Part shown: positions 8,882 to 17,488 of the stretch, piece after piece
How positions within the stretch are numbered: position 1 is the stretch's first letter
Layout: the number at the start of each line of letters is the position of its first letter
Assembly (NCBI GenBank): GCA_018221205.1
Contig: JAAOYF010000045.1
Location: 3,264 to 67,263, forward strand
Direction of reading: 5' to 3'
Source of the DNA: Candidatus Woesearchaeota archaeon
GTDB lineage: Archaea > Nanobdellota > Nanobdellia > Woesearchaeales > WJIZ01
Length of the DNA: 64,000 bases
Notes under the pieces: model-generated
What the model saw: only the letters and a program-made list of their open reading frames with translations
The model's database searches: none
What the model was told of the DNA's origin: nothing
Made by a program: the position numbers and the translations under genes

Positions 8882-10141
8882 ATGTTAATTTCTTTCAATG
8901 ATAAGATAGAACTGCTTGCGCATGCAAGCTTAGTACTTCCAGGAGTGAAGACAGATCTGAAGAAAAATACACTCAATCTTCTTGCGCAAGCTCTAGAGAG
9001 CCGGCAAGAGCAGATCATGAAGGCGAATGAAGAAGATGTGCAAGAGAAGAAAGGGAGGATTGATAAGAACAAATATCTGGAGATCATCAAAGGCATAAAG
9101 GAATTGGTCGAATTGGGTGAACCTACTGGCCAAACGCTGAAGACTGTGGAGCTGGATGAAGGATTCGAGCTCTACTGCATGAGCTGCCCCATAGGTATTA
9201 TCGGAGCGGTGCTGGATGAGAACCTTTTGGCCCTCCTGGAGATCATAGCATTATGCATCAAGTCAAGCAATGCGTTGATGGTGCACCTGCCAGAGAGCAA
9301 GACCGCTGAGAAGATCATGGAGCTTATCGGCAGTGTCTGTGGAGACTTGCCTGATGGCTGGCTTCAGATCATCAAGAAGAAGGAATTGAAGAAGATGTTC
9401 GATGCCCCTCTCGATCTGATGATCCCTATCGGCTCTCGGCAATTCGTAGATGATATCAGGCAGAGCACGAAGATTCCGATCATCGGCCATAAGGGAGGTG
9501 TGTGCCATATCTACGTCGATCAGGATGCCAACGTAGAGATGGCAGTCTCGATCTGTTATGATGCAAAATGCCAGAACCCACTTGCAAAAAATGCGATGGA
9601 AACGCTGCTGGTGCATACAGACATCGCTTCAGCATTCCTGAACAAGCTGAAAGAGACAATGGATGTTGCGCCGGTGAAATTTGTGGGGGATGATAATACT
9701 CTCAAGATATTAAGCATCGAGCATGCGAGAGAAAAAGATTGGGAGACTTCCTATCATGGATTGGCCCTTTCAATCAAGATAGTTACCAGCATTGATGAAG
9801 CGATTGACCATATCAACAGATTCGGCAGCAGCCATACTGATGCCATCGTAACGAGTTCTGACAGGAAAGCGAGGAAGTTCCTGGAGAAAGTCGACTCTGC
9901 TAATGTGTTCTGGAACTGCTCTACCCGTTTCTCTGACGGCTTCCGATATGGCATGGGTGCTGAAGTGACCACCTCGAGCTATAAGATCCACGCGCGCGGT
10001 CCTGTCGGACTGGAAGGATTAGTTACGTACAAATGGAAGCTCCTGGGCAAGGGAAATATCCTTGCAGATTATTCTGGAAAAGATCCGAAGAAAAAGTTCA
10101 ATCATAAATCAATGAGCAAGGATTTTCCCCTTAAAGAATAG
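8882..10141 (+). CDS. proA: Gamma-glutamyl phosphate reductase homologue, catalytically degenerate
   Basis: GVCHIYVD, NAMETLLVH, SHTDAIVT, STRFSDGFRYGMGAEV, HARGPVGLEGL; the CNA motif reads KNA. Confidence 0.85.
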   Translation: MLISFNDKIELLAHASLVLPGVKTDLKKNTLNLLAQALESRQEQIMKANEEDVQEKKGRIDKNKYLEIIKGIKELVELGEPTGQTLKTVELDEGFELYCMSCPIGIIGAVLDENLLALLEIIALCIKSSNALMVHLPESKTAEKIMELIGSVCGDLPDGWLQIIKKKELKKMFDAPLDLMIPIGSRQFVDDIRQSTKIPIIGHKGGVCHIYVDQDANVEMAVSICYDAKCQNPLAKNAMETLLVHTDIASAFLNKLKETMDVAPVKFVGDDNTLKILSIEHAREKDWETSYHGLALSIKIVTSIDEAIDHINRFGSSHTDAIVTSSDRKARKFLEKVDSANVFWNCSTRFSDGFRYGMGAEVTTSSYKIHARGPVGLEGLVTYKWKLLGKGNILADYSGKDPKKKFNHKSMSKDFPLKE

Positions 10142-10188
10142 CCGATAGATTTAAATATCAACTAGGACCAATCTTCATCAGAGATTCT

Positions 10189-12030
10189 ATGGCCAAAAAA
10201 AAGAAGGATAAAGTCGATGATGAATTAGCAAAGATGCCTATGCCGAAGCAGCCTGGCATGCCTGAGATGAGCAAGGAAGCTGAGGAGAAACTAAAATCTA
10301 TCAAGCAGAAGCTTGAGAAATTCAAGAACAAGGTCCTTGAGAAATTCGACAAATATATCATGGGCATCACCTTACTTCCTCCTCCTAAGCCGCGAGAGGG
10401 CGAGAAGATCAACAAGGATATGGTCTCTTTGCTCATTTTAGTCGATGATACTGACAGCAGAAAGATGACCAAATATGAATTGAGGTCGAAACTGCAGTCT
10501 ATCGTCGATAATCTCTCAAAAGAGATCGACAAGAATATTGTCCCTGATGTGGTTATCTTATCAGAACTGTGGCAGAACTGCTATGATGCAAAATATGATC
10601 TTCTTCAGCTGATCTCGATGGGTGCACCGATCCATGACACTGGCATGTTGGCAGCAATCAAGATTGCTGAGATCCATAAGACCATGGTGCTGAAGAAATT
10701 CGAGAAATATATCGTGAGCTATGTCTTAGCAGGCAGTCTGACACAAGGAAGGGCCACCAAGACGAGCGATATCGATGTATGGATTGTCATCGACGATACT
10801 GATGTCAAGAAGATGACCCGGGCCGAGTTAAAAGATAAATTGCGAGCCATCATCATCGGTATGGGCATCGAGGCCGGAGATATCACCGGCATCAAGAACA
10901 AATTGAATATCCAGGTGTATATCCTGACAGATTTCTGGGACAGCCTGAAAGAAGCAAACCCTATCATCTTTACCTTACTTAGGGATGGTGTTCCCTTCTA
11001 TGATCGCGGAATCTTTATGCCGTGGAAGCAATTATTGAAAATGGGAAAGATCAAGCCCTCTACAGAGGCTATCGACATGTTCATGAGCTCTGGAGAGCAG
11101 ATGCTGAAAAGGGTCGAATTCACGCTGAAGAACATCGGCATGGAAGATATCTACTATGCTATCCTGACGCCTTCACAGGCAGCTTTGATGCTCTATGGTA
11201 TACCTCCTCCAGCTCCACGGGAGACTGCTGAGCTGATGAAAGAGATATTTGTCAAGAAAGAGAAACTGCTCGAGGAGAAATTCGTGAATATCCTTGAGAG
11301 TAATATCAATATCCGGAAGGACATCGAGCACGGAGACAAGAAAGGCCTTACAGGAAAACAGGTCGATCAGCTGTTGAGTGACGCTGATAAATATCTCAAA
11401 AGAATCAAGCGTCTTTTTGGACAGATCGAGAAGATGAAAGAAGAGGAAGATATGGTCAAGATCTATGATAATGTCCTTACGATCATCAGAGATGTCATGC
11501 GGTTAGAAGGCATCGAGAAAGTCAGCGATGTTGAGATCGTGAATGTGTTCGAGAATGAGCTTATCTCTAAAGGCCTCATTCCAGCTAAATACCTTCGTAC
11601 GCTGAATGATATCATCAAAGCAAAGAAAGATTATGAGCAGAAGAAGCTGACGAAGCAGGAAGTGGAGATGGTGAAGAAAGAAAGCCGAAGCTTCATCAAA
11701 TATCTTGTTGAGCATATCCAGAGAAAGCGCGGAAGGGAGATGGAGCGAGCGAAGATACGTGTTAAATATGGTGATAAATTCGGAGAAGTGCTGCTGCTGG
11801 GCAAGAATGCGTTCATTGTGCATGATATTGATAAAGAGGAAAGAGAGATAACCAAAGGAAAAATAACTCCTGATGGGAAGATCGAGAATATTCAAAAGAG
11901 TTCACTTGAAGAGATGGAGAAGGCGATCGCCAAAGTTGAGATTCCAGAGAAAGTGTTCATCAAAGAGAGCATATTTGAGGACCTGAAGGGTTTATTCGGC
12001 AAAGATGTCAAGGTTATGGTGAATTTCTAA
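10189..12030 (+). CDS. Tandem nucleotidyltransferase (MNT) domains plus HEPN-like domains
   Basis: Two similar repeats (KFDKYIMG..LVDDTD / KFEKYIVS..GSLTQG..SDIDV..IDDTD); helical region YYAILTPSQAALM..RKDIEH. Confidence 0.78.
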   Translation: MAKKKKDKVDDELAKMPMPKQPGMPEMSKEAEEKLKSIKQKLEKFKNKVLEKFDKYIMGITLLPPPKPREGEKINKDMVSLLILVDDTDSRKMTKYELRSKLQSIVDNLSKEIDKNIVPDVVILSELWQNCYDAKYDLLQLISMGAPIHDTGMLAAIKIAEIHKTMVLKKFEKYIVSYVLAGSLTQGRATKTSDIDVWIVIDDTDVKKMTRAELKDKLRAIIIGMGIEAGDITGIKNKLNIQVYILTDFWDSLKEANPIIFTLLRDGVPFYDRGIFMPWKQLLKMGKIKPSTEAIDMFMSSGEQMLKRVEFTLKNIGMEDIYYAILTPSQAALMLYGIPPPAPRETAELMKEIFVKKEKLLEEKFVNILESNINIRKDIEHGDKKGLTGKQVDQLLSDADKYLKRIKRLFGQIEKMKEEEDMVKIYDNVLTIIRDVMRLEGIEKVSDVEIVNVFENELISKGLIPAKYLRTLNDIIKAKKDYEQKKLTKQEVEMVKKESRSFIKYLVEHIQRKRGREMERAKIRVKYGDKFGEVLLLGKNAFIVHDIDKEEREITKGKITPDGKIENIQKSSLEEMEKAIAKVEIPEKVFIKESIFEDLKGLFGKDVKVMVNF

Positions 12031-12035
12031 TAGGG

Positions 12036-12080
12036 TTTTTTGTATACTAGTATAAAAAAACATAAACTTTTTATATATAA
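12036..12080 (+). promoter_or_regulatory. Palindrome plus TATA box upstream of the four-paralogue operon
   Basis: TATACTAGTATA perfect palindrome (12043-12054) flanked by T/A tracts, just before TTTTTATATAT. Confidence 0.5.
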
Positions 12081-12097
12081 AGAGCTTTTGAGCCGTT

Positions 12098-12673
12098 ATG
12101 GCTAAATATAAGAATATTCAAACACAAGGTAAGCCAGTTCCAGGTGATCTGAAGATCCGTTTCAAAGGCACATGGGATATGCAGGATCTGTATGAAAGTG
12201 TTGCTCATTGGTTAAGGGATAGGAAATGGAAGTTCCATGAGAAGGAGATTGAACAGGAACCTCCTACTCCTTACGGCCAAGAAAAGAAGTATACGTGGTA
12301 TGCTGAGAGGGATATGGATGAATGGGTCAGATTGAAGCTGAATATCTTTATCCATACTTATGATCTGCAGGATATTGTGGTTGTGGGTAATGACGGTGGC
12401 CAGAAAACAGTCCAGAAAGGAAAGATGTGGATCTACATGAAGATCAATGATACCTGGGACTATGAAGAGAATTGGGATAAAAAAAGATTCTTCGGCCAGC
12501 TGAAAGATTTTTACATCAAGTATATCGTGAAAAAAAGAAGGATGCAAGGTTGGTCTCCTCGGACAAGGACTGAACTTGTACAGCTCTATCATTTCATCCA
12601 GAACAAACTGAAGACAGAATCAAGGCAATTTGAGCACAAGCACATCGCTGGTGTGCATAGGAGAGGGCCATGA
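12098..12673 (+). CDS. Uncharacterised protein, paralogue 1 of 4
   Basis: IRFKGTWDMQDLYE..W..HEK shared with the next three ORFs. Confidence 0.85.
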   Translation: MAKYKNIQTQGKPVPGDLKIRFKGTWDMQDLYESVAHWLRDRKWKFHEKEIEQEPPTPYGQEKKYTWYAERDMDEWVRLKLNIFIHTYDLQDIVVVGNDGGQKTVQKGKMWIYMKINDTWDYEENWDKKRFFGQLKDFYIKYIVKKRRMQGWSPRTRTELVQLYHFIQNKLKTESRQFEHKHIAGVHRRGP

Positions 12674-13290
12674 TGGGGAATATGGAGAAGAAGCTCCGGG
12701 AAAAACTCAGGAAAAAGATCAAATGGCAGTATGAACAATATAAGAGTGTAGGAAAGATCCCTCACCCCTTGTCCCATATCAGATTCAAAGGAGTGTGGGA
12801 CATGCAGGATCTGTATGAATTTGTCGCCAATTTCTTACGGGAGAGAAAATATAAGTTCCATGAGAAGATTTACAAGCACAAACACCCTTCGCCCTATGGT
12901 GTTGAGCAGCAATTAGTGTGGGAAGCCAACCAAGTTGTGGATGATGTCTATACCTATGTCATCAATTTTTATGTGCATACCTATGATGCCCAGGACATCC
13001 AAGTAAAGATGAAGGATGGCTCTGTGAGGACATTCACCAAAGGAAGGGTCTGGATCGAGATAACGAGCCATATCGACATGTATGAGCATATAGGCTTCGG
13101 GAAGAATGCGTTCCTCGCCTATCTGAAGATCGTCATGCAAAGCTATTTATTGAGAAAGAGGCATGGATGGATCGAATGGGATGTCATGATGTATCGAGAA
13201 GTGCAGAAGCTGATCTGGCTGATGAGAAGACGATTAAAGATGGAATATGATGAGTACGAACAGAAAGACTGGATGGGAGTGCATACCTGA
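12670..13290 (+). CDS. Uncharacterised protein, paralogue 2 of 4
   Basis: IRFKGVWDMQDLYE..KFHEK..PYG..HTYDAQDI..KGRVWI; ATGA overlap with paralogue 1. Confidence 0.85.
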   Translation: MMGNMEKKLREKLRKKIKWQYEQYKSVGKIPHPLSHIRFKGVWDMQDLYEFVANFLRERKYKFHEKIYKHKHPSPYGVEQQLVWEANQVVDDVYTYVINFYVHTYDAQDIQVKMKDGSVRTFTKGRVWIEITSHIDMYEHIGFGKNAFLAYLKIVMQSYLLRKRHGWIEWDVMMYREVQKLIWLMRRRLKMEYDEYEQKDWMGVHT

Positions 13291-13826
13291 TGGGTGAAGT
13301 CAATCAGGTTGTGGACCATCTGAAGCTCGAGTATAAGGGCATCTTCAATATCAAAGAGCTCTTCGGTATGTTCGGCAGATGGTATAAAGAAAGTCCGTAC
13401 GAAAAAGGAGGAGACTATATCTCTGAACAACGGACACACCATGGGAAATGCATCGAATATGTCTACTGGCCGTGGAAGAAACAGACTGACTATATCAGGC
13501 ATTACATGAAACTGAGGATATTGATCTATGATGCGAAAAAAGTGGATGTCATGGTCGATGGAAAGAAGCAACGGCTGGACCATGCCAGGTTTTTATTGTA
13601 CCTTGATGGGTTTGTCGAAAACGACTATGAGAGCAGGTGGAGAGATACTCCGTTGTTCATGTTCATCCGGACTCTGGCCTCAAAGTTTTTTTACAAGCGC
13701 TATGCAAAGTTCATGGAGAGGATGGTCATCGATGACTGCCATCACCTCTATGAGAAATTCGAACGGTTCTTCAACATGTACCGAAGCTTCAGACCAGTGA
13801 AGAAACAACCACACTTTTACTACTAA
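13290..13826 (+). CDS. Uncharacterised protein, paralogue 3 of 4
   Basis: LEYKGIFNIKELF..DGFVENDYESRW..PLFMFIRTL. Confidence 0.85.
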   Translation: MGEVNQVVDHLKLEYKGIFNIKELFGMFGRWYKESPYEKGGDYISEQRTHHGKCIEYVYWPWKKQTDYIRHYMKLRILIYDAKKVDVMVDGKKQRLDHARFLLYLDGFVENDYESRWRDTPLFMFIRTLASKFFYKRYAKFMERMVIDDCHHLYEKFERFFNMYRSFRPVKKQPHFYY

Positions 13827-13827
13827 A

Positions 13828-14325
13828 ATGGCAGAGAAAAAACTCGTTGTTGATGGGTTGCAGCTTACCTATACTGGAATGTTCGACATAGAAGAATTCT
13901 TCATGGAAGTGGACAGATGGATGGAAGGCCACCATATGGAACGGGAGATCAAGAAAAAACTGGAGCATGTCGAACAGCACGGCAAGAAGATGGAGTATAT
14001 CTTTGAATTGTGGGAGCAGCATGATTATTCTCGTGTTGTTGTCAGGATGAAGGCATTGTTCAGAGATGTGGTCGAATTTGATCTGAAGAGGAATGATGTT
14101 ACAAGACACATGCAGAAGGGGCATTGTCTTATTGTGATTGATGGGTTTGTCGAAGAGGATCTGGAGCATCGTTGGGTACAGAAGCCTGGTTTTGTCTTTA
14201 TCCGTACGTTATATGACAAACTGATCTGGAAATACTGGAGCAGTGCACATGATTCGCACTGCATCAAATTATCGAATGGACTCTATAATGAGTTATTGAA
14301 TTACTTTAAGAAGTATAAGTACTAA
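13828..14325 (+). CDS. Uncharacterised protein, paralogue 4 of 4
   Basis: LTYTGMFDIEEFF..DGFVEEDLEHRW..PGFVFIRTLYDK. Confidence 0.85.
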   Translation: MAEKKLVVDGLQLTYTGMFDIEEFFMEVDRWMEGHHMEREIKKKLEHVEQHGKKMEYIFELWEQHDYSRVVVRMKALFRDVVEFDLKRNDVTRHMQKGHCLIVIDGFVEEDLEHRWVQKPGFVFIRTLYDKLIWKYWSSAHDSHCIKLSNGLYNELLNYFKKYKY

Positions 14326-14326
14326 G

Positions 14327-14770
14327 ATGAAACAATACCTTGCACTTGTGGTTTTGATTTTGGTAGCTTGCACACCTCAAGCATTGTGCAATGCCCCTTA
14401 TTTTGAGTATAAGACTGGAGAATGCTGTCTGGACCAAGATGGAAATAATATCTGCGACAGTGATGAAAATGTAGTGGAGAAAGTCATTGAGGTGAAGCAA
14501 GAGGAGATACTCTATGATATCGATGTGGCGCGAAATAATGCTCTGGATGCGGCCAAAGAGTATGTCCGGTCCAACCGTATAGGCATCAGTCCTTCATTCA
14601 CCTTCCTTGAGGAAGAGATTAAAGAAGAGACATATACTGGAGTCTATCATATCAAGTATCTGGAGAATCTCAATGATTTCAATACTGGATATGTGAAAAC
14701 AAACTATGACCTTGTAGATGAAAAAGTCATTTCTGTAATTTTTGCACATGAATTGAGCGGGCTTGAGTAG
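14327..14770 (+). CDS. Putative lipoprotein
   Basis: Signal peptide ending LVAC; CNAPY..CCLDQDGNNICD motif. Confidence 0.7.
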   Translation: MKQYLALVVLILVACTPQALCNAPYFEYKTGECCLDQDGNNICDSDENVVEKVIEVKQEEILYDIDVARNNALDAAKEYVRSNRIGISPSFTFLEEEIKEETYTGVYHIKYLENLNDFNTGYVKTNYDLVDEKVISVIFAHELSGLE

Positions 14771-14815
14771 GAAATCGTGACATTTATAAATCAAGTTGGA
14801 CTTTTTCTCAATTGC

Positions 14816-14929
14816 GAGAGGGTAGCGAAGTCTGGTTAAACGCGCAGGACTTAAGAGGAACACCTAGTGTTGTACATTAGGAGATCCTGTCCCTTAGTGG
14901 GTCCGAGGGTTCAAATCCCTTCCCTCTCA
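14816..14929 (+). tRNA. tRNA-Leu(TAA) with 28-nt intron at 37/38 (14856-14883)
   Basis: Acceptor GAGAGGG/CCCTCTC, anticodon stem CAGGA/TCCTG, TAA at 14852-14854, long variable arm, GGTTCAAATCC. Confidence 0.92.
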
Positions 14930-14979
14930 TTCCTTTTTTAACATATAGCCTTATATATCCATATGAGTTCCAGAATATT

Positions 14980-15336
14980 ATGGCATCATTTGAACGTTCA
15001 AGAGAGAGAAAAGGTCGGAAAAAAGATTTTAGAGGTAATCCTTCACGAGGGGGTCCTAGAGGTCGAACAAGCAGTAGAGATAATTTTAGGGGCAAGCGTG
15101 ATTCTGACAAAGATTTCAAAAGGTCTGGTAGGCGTGAGTTGGAATTTACTAAAGTGATGTGCGCATCTTGTGGAGGTAAGTGTGAGGTGCCGTTCAAGCC
15201 GACAGGAAACAAACCTGTTTATTGCAGCGATTGTTTTAAGAAAGAGGATAAGCGAAGTTCCAGTAAGCCTTCTAACAAAGATTTTGATGTGATCAATGAA
15301 AAGCTTGACAAGATCATGGAAGCGTTAGGTCTTTAA
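14980..15336 (+). CDS. CxxC-x17-CxxC zinc-ribbon protein with RG-rich N-terminus
   Basis: CASCGGKCEVPFKPTGNKPVYCSDCF. Confidence 0.88.
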   Translation: MASFERSRERKGRKKDFRGNPSRGGPRGRTSSRDNFRGKRDSDKDFKRSGRRELEFTKVMCASCGGKCEVPFKPTGNKPVYCSDCFKKEDKRSSSKPSNKDFDVINEKLDKIMEALGL

Positions 15337-15406
15337 TAAGAATCCAGTCAAGATGTGATCTAAAATTAATAACTTTTATAAATCGTCTAAAAACTAGATT
15401 TCTCGT

Positions 15407-15519
15407 GCTCCCGTAGCTCAGCTGGTAGAGCGTTACCTTGGTAACTTCGAGCGAAGCAAGAAGGCTTGGAACGAAGTTCAAAGAGGTAAAGGTCCCGAGT
15501 TCAAATCTCGGCGGGGGCT
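15407..15519 (+). tRNA. tRNA-Thr(GGT) with 40-nt intron at 37/38 (15444-15483)
   Basis: GCTCCCG/CGGGGGC acceptor, TAGCTCAGCTGGTAGAGC D-arm, TTACC/GGTAA stem, GGT at 15440-15442, GTTCAAATC. Confidence 0.93.
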
Positions 15520-15568
15520 TGTTCATTGGACACAGTCCTTTATAAACTAAAAAGCGTTCTTCTCGAAT

Positions 15569-16693
15569 ATGGCGTTGGAAGATAGTATCTATGATATTGA
15601 TTATTATATTGGTGTTTGTAGTGATGCAAACACTCTGGCCTTGGCTAGGTTATCGGAAACTAGCAGCGCCATACTTAATATCCTTTCTACAAGAAGATAT
15701 CCAAGATCTTCACATCTCCTTGATCACTATGCTCAGCTTTTATCAGCTCTAGAACATTTTGAAGAGGTATTTGCGGCAAGATCTAAAATGGGTGATGAAT
15801 TGCTCGCTACCTTAAAATCAAAGAGAGAGGGAATCACTTCCTTACTTAGACCTTCTCTTGAAACCCTCCATCACTTGTTCAATGGGGACCATCTTGAGGA
15901 CTGTCTCTACATGGATACGCTTCCAGAACCGATAAAAAGTGCGAAGGATACTGCTTTTTTCTATCTAGCTGGAAGAGATGATCTAACTGTGACTGAAGAG
16001 GGTATTGTGACAGTGGAAGAATGGATAAGGGTAGTTCATCGGTATACTGTATGGAATCTCGCTGTTCTTCATAGTGAAGAAGCAGAGTTTGGAGGAAAAC
16101 CCGCAACATACGTATTTGAGGACACTGGGATACCTTTCTGTGGGGTGGATGCTGATGCCTTTTTCTCCTCTTATTTACCTGAAATCAATCGAGCTATTGC
16201 TGACTTTGAGATAGCTCGTGGTGAAATCAAATTTGAAGATGTAATATTCACTAATCTCGGTTTTTCAGCATTCAAAAGAATAAAACATCATAATGCGCAA
16301 ATCCGTGTCATTTTAGACGGTGATCACTACCATATCCGATTCACTATGGGGGAGGCAGGTTATGGTACTAGTAGAGTTGAATATTGTAGTGAGCTCTTCA
16401 AACCAACGGAATTCACCCATAGAAGTGTCTACCATAATGTTCATAGCGCAACAGCAAGGACAGATGGAAGTACATTGCATCATGATATAACTTTTTTGCT
16501 TTGTGTAGCAGAAAACTTGACTGATGTGGATATTGGCTCAGGTCCTTGTCGACCAGAAGACTTCTATAGGAAATTCAGAATGATTTATGACGGTAAGACA
16601 CAACCAGAAGAACCAGGAAGACCGTTTAAAGTAGGCCATTTGGAAAACGGAGAACGTGTTTGTCATATCGGCTACACACTGTTTTCCTTTTGA
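15569..16693 (+). CDS. Hypothetical protein (orphan)
   Basis: 374-aa ORF with own TATA (TTTATAAA at about 15539-15546); no recognised motif. Confidence 0.7.
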   Translation: MALEDSIYDIDYYIGVCSDANTLALARLSETSSAILNILSTRRYPRSSHLLDHYAQLLSALEHFEEVFAARSKMGDELLATLKSKREGITSLLRPSLETLHHLFNGDHLEDCLYMDTLPEPIKSAKDTAFFYLAGRDDLTVTEEGIVTVEEWIRVVHRYTVWNLAVLHSEEAEFGGKPATYVFEDTGIPFCGVDADAFFSSYLPEINRAIADFEIARGEIKFEDVIFTNLGFSAFKRIKHHNAQIRVILDGDHYHIRFTMGEAGYGTSRVEYCSELFKPTEFTHRSVYHNVHSATARTDGSTLHHDITFLLCVAENLTDVDIGSGPCRPEDFYRKFRMIYDGKTQPEEPGRPFKVGHLENGERVCHIGYTLFSF

Positions 16694-16812
16694 ATCTTTG
16701 ACTCGATCTTGGTAGGTGCTTCTTCAGTTTCATATGGCTTCTCCTCAGGCATCGCCAAATTAGATCTTTTTTCTTGCACAATCCTTATATATTGTACTCT
16801 TTTTCAAATATC

Positions 16813-17043
16813 ATGCGCATCCCCAAAAAATATGGCTTTTCCAGGAAAATAAACTGTCCGTTCTGCCAGAAGCCATCATTGACTGAGAATCAGCAAGGGG
16901 TACCTGTATGCATCCAGCATAAAAATAAGGTTCTTGAGATTAAATGTCTCTGTGGAGATTGGCTTGATATCAGGAAAGGTAAATTTGGTGGCTATGGTAA
17001 ATGTATGAAATGTGGAAATGTCAATCTGAGCAAAGTTCTTTAA
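16813..17043 (+). CDS. Small Cys-rich zinc-finger protein
   Basis: CPFC..C..H..CLCG..CMKCG. Confidence 0.75.
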   Translation: MRIPKKYGFSRKINCPFCQKPSLTENQQGVPVCIQHKNKVLEIKCLCGDWLDIRKGKFGGYGKCMKCGNVNLSKVL

Positions 17044-17050
17044 GAAACAA

Positions 17051-17488
17051 TTATCCTGCCTGCTTGACTTTCTCGATAAAATCATCCAGTTCTTCTTTCA
17101 GAAAGAGGTTCTTCTTGGTATAGAACAGGTCTGCGATCAGTTTGGTGTTTATTATGAGAGAGAGCATCTCAGCAAAGGCATGCCTTATAGCGCGTGATTT
17201 TCCGACTAAGATGAATGCTGATTTGGTGATGATGTTGGTATTCAGATAGGTCCTCACTGCTGGCGGAATGGCATTGAAATGAGCCGGAGTCACGATGACA
17301 GTCATGTCATAATTCTCTGGTTTGTTATTGTGTGTTATCAATGTCGGTTTCTTGAGAAGGCTCATGAGAAAATATTTGAAGCCTTTATAGTCGTTGGCAT
17401 CTATCACTTCATCGAGATCAGCATCCAGCCTCTTTGCGACATAGTCTGCTATCTTTTCCTGACCGAAATGAACAACAAGTATTCTCAT
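17051..17488 (-). CDS. Flavodoxin-like protein (degenerate FMN loop)
   Basis: MRILVVHF..KIADYVAKRLDADL..YDMTVIVTP..PAVRTYL; start overlaps purB stop. Confidence 0.65.
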   Translation of the reverse strand: MRILVVHFGQEKIADYVAKRLDADLDEVIDANDYKGFKYFLMSLLKKPTLITHNNKPENYDMTVIVTPAHFNAIPPAVRTYLNTNIITKSAFILVGKSRAIRHAFAEMLSLIINTKLIADLFYTKKNLFLKEELDDFIEKVKQAG

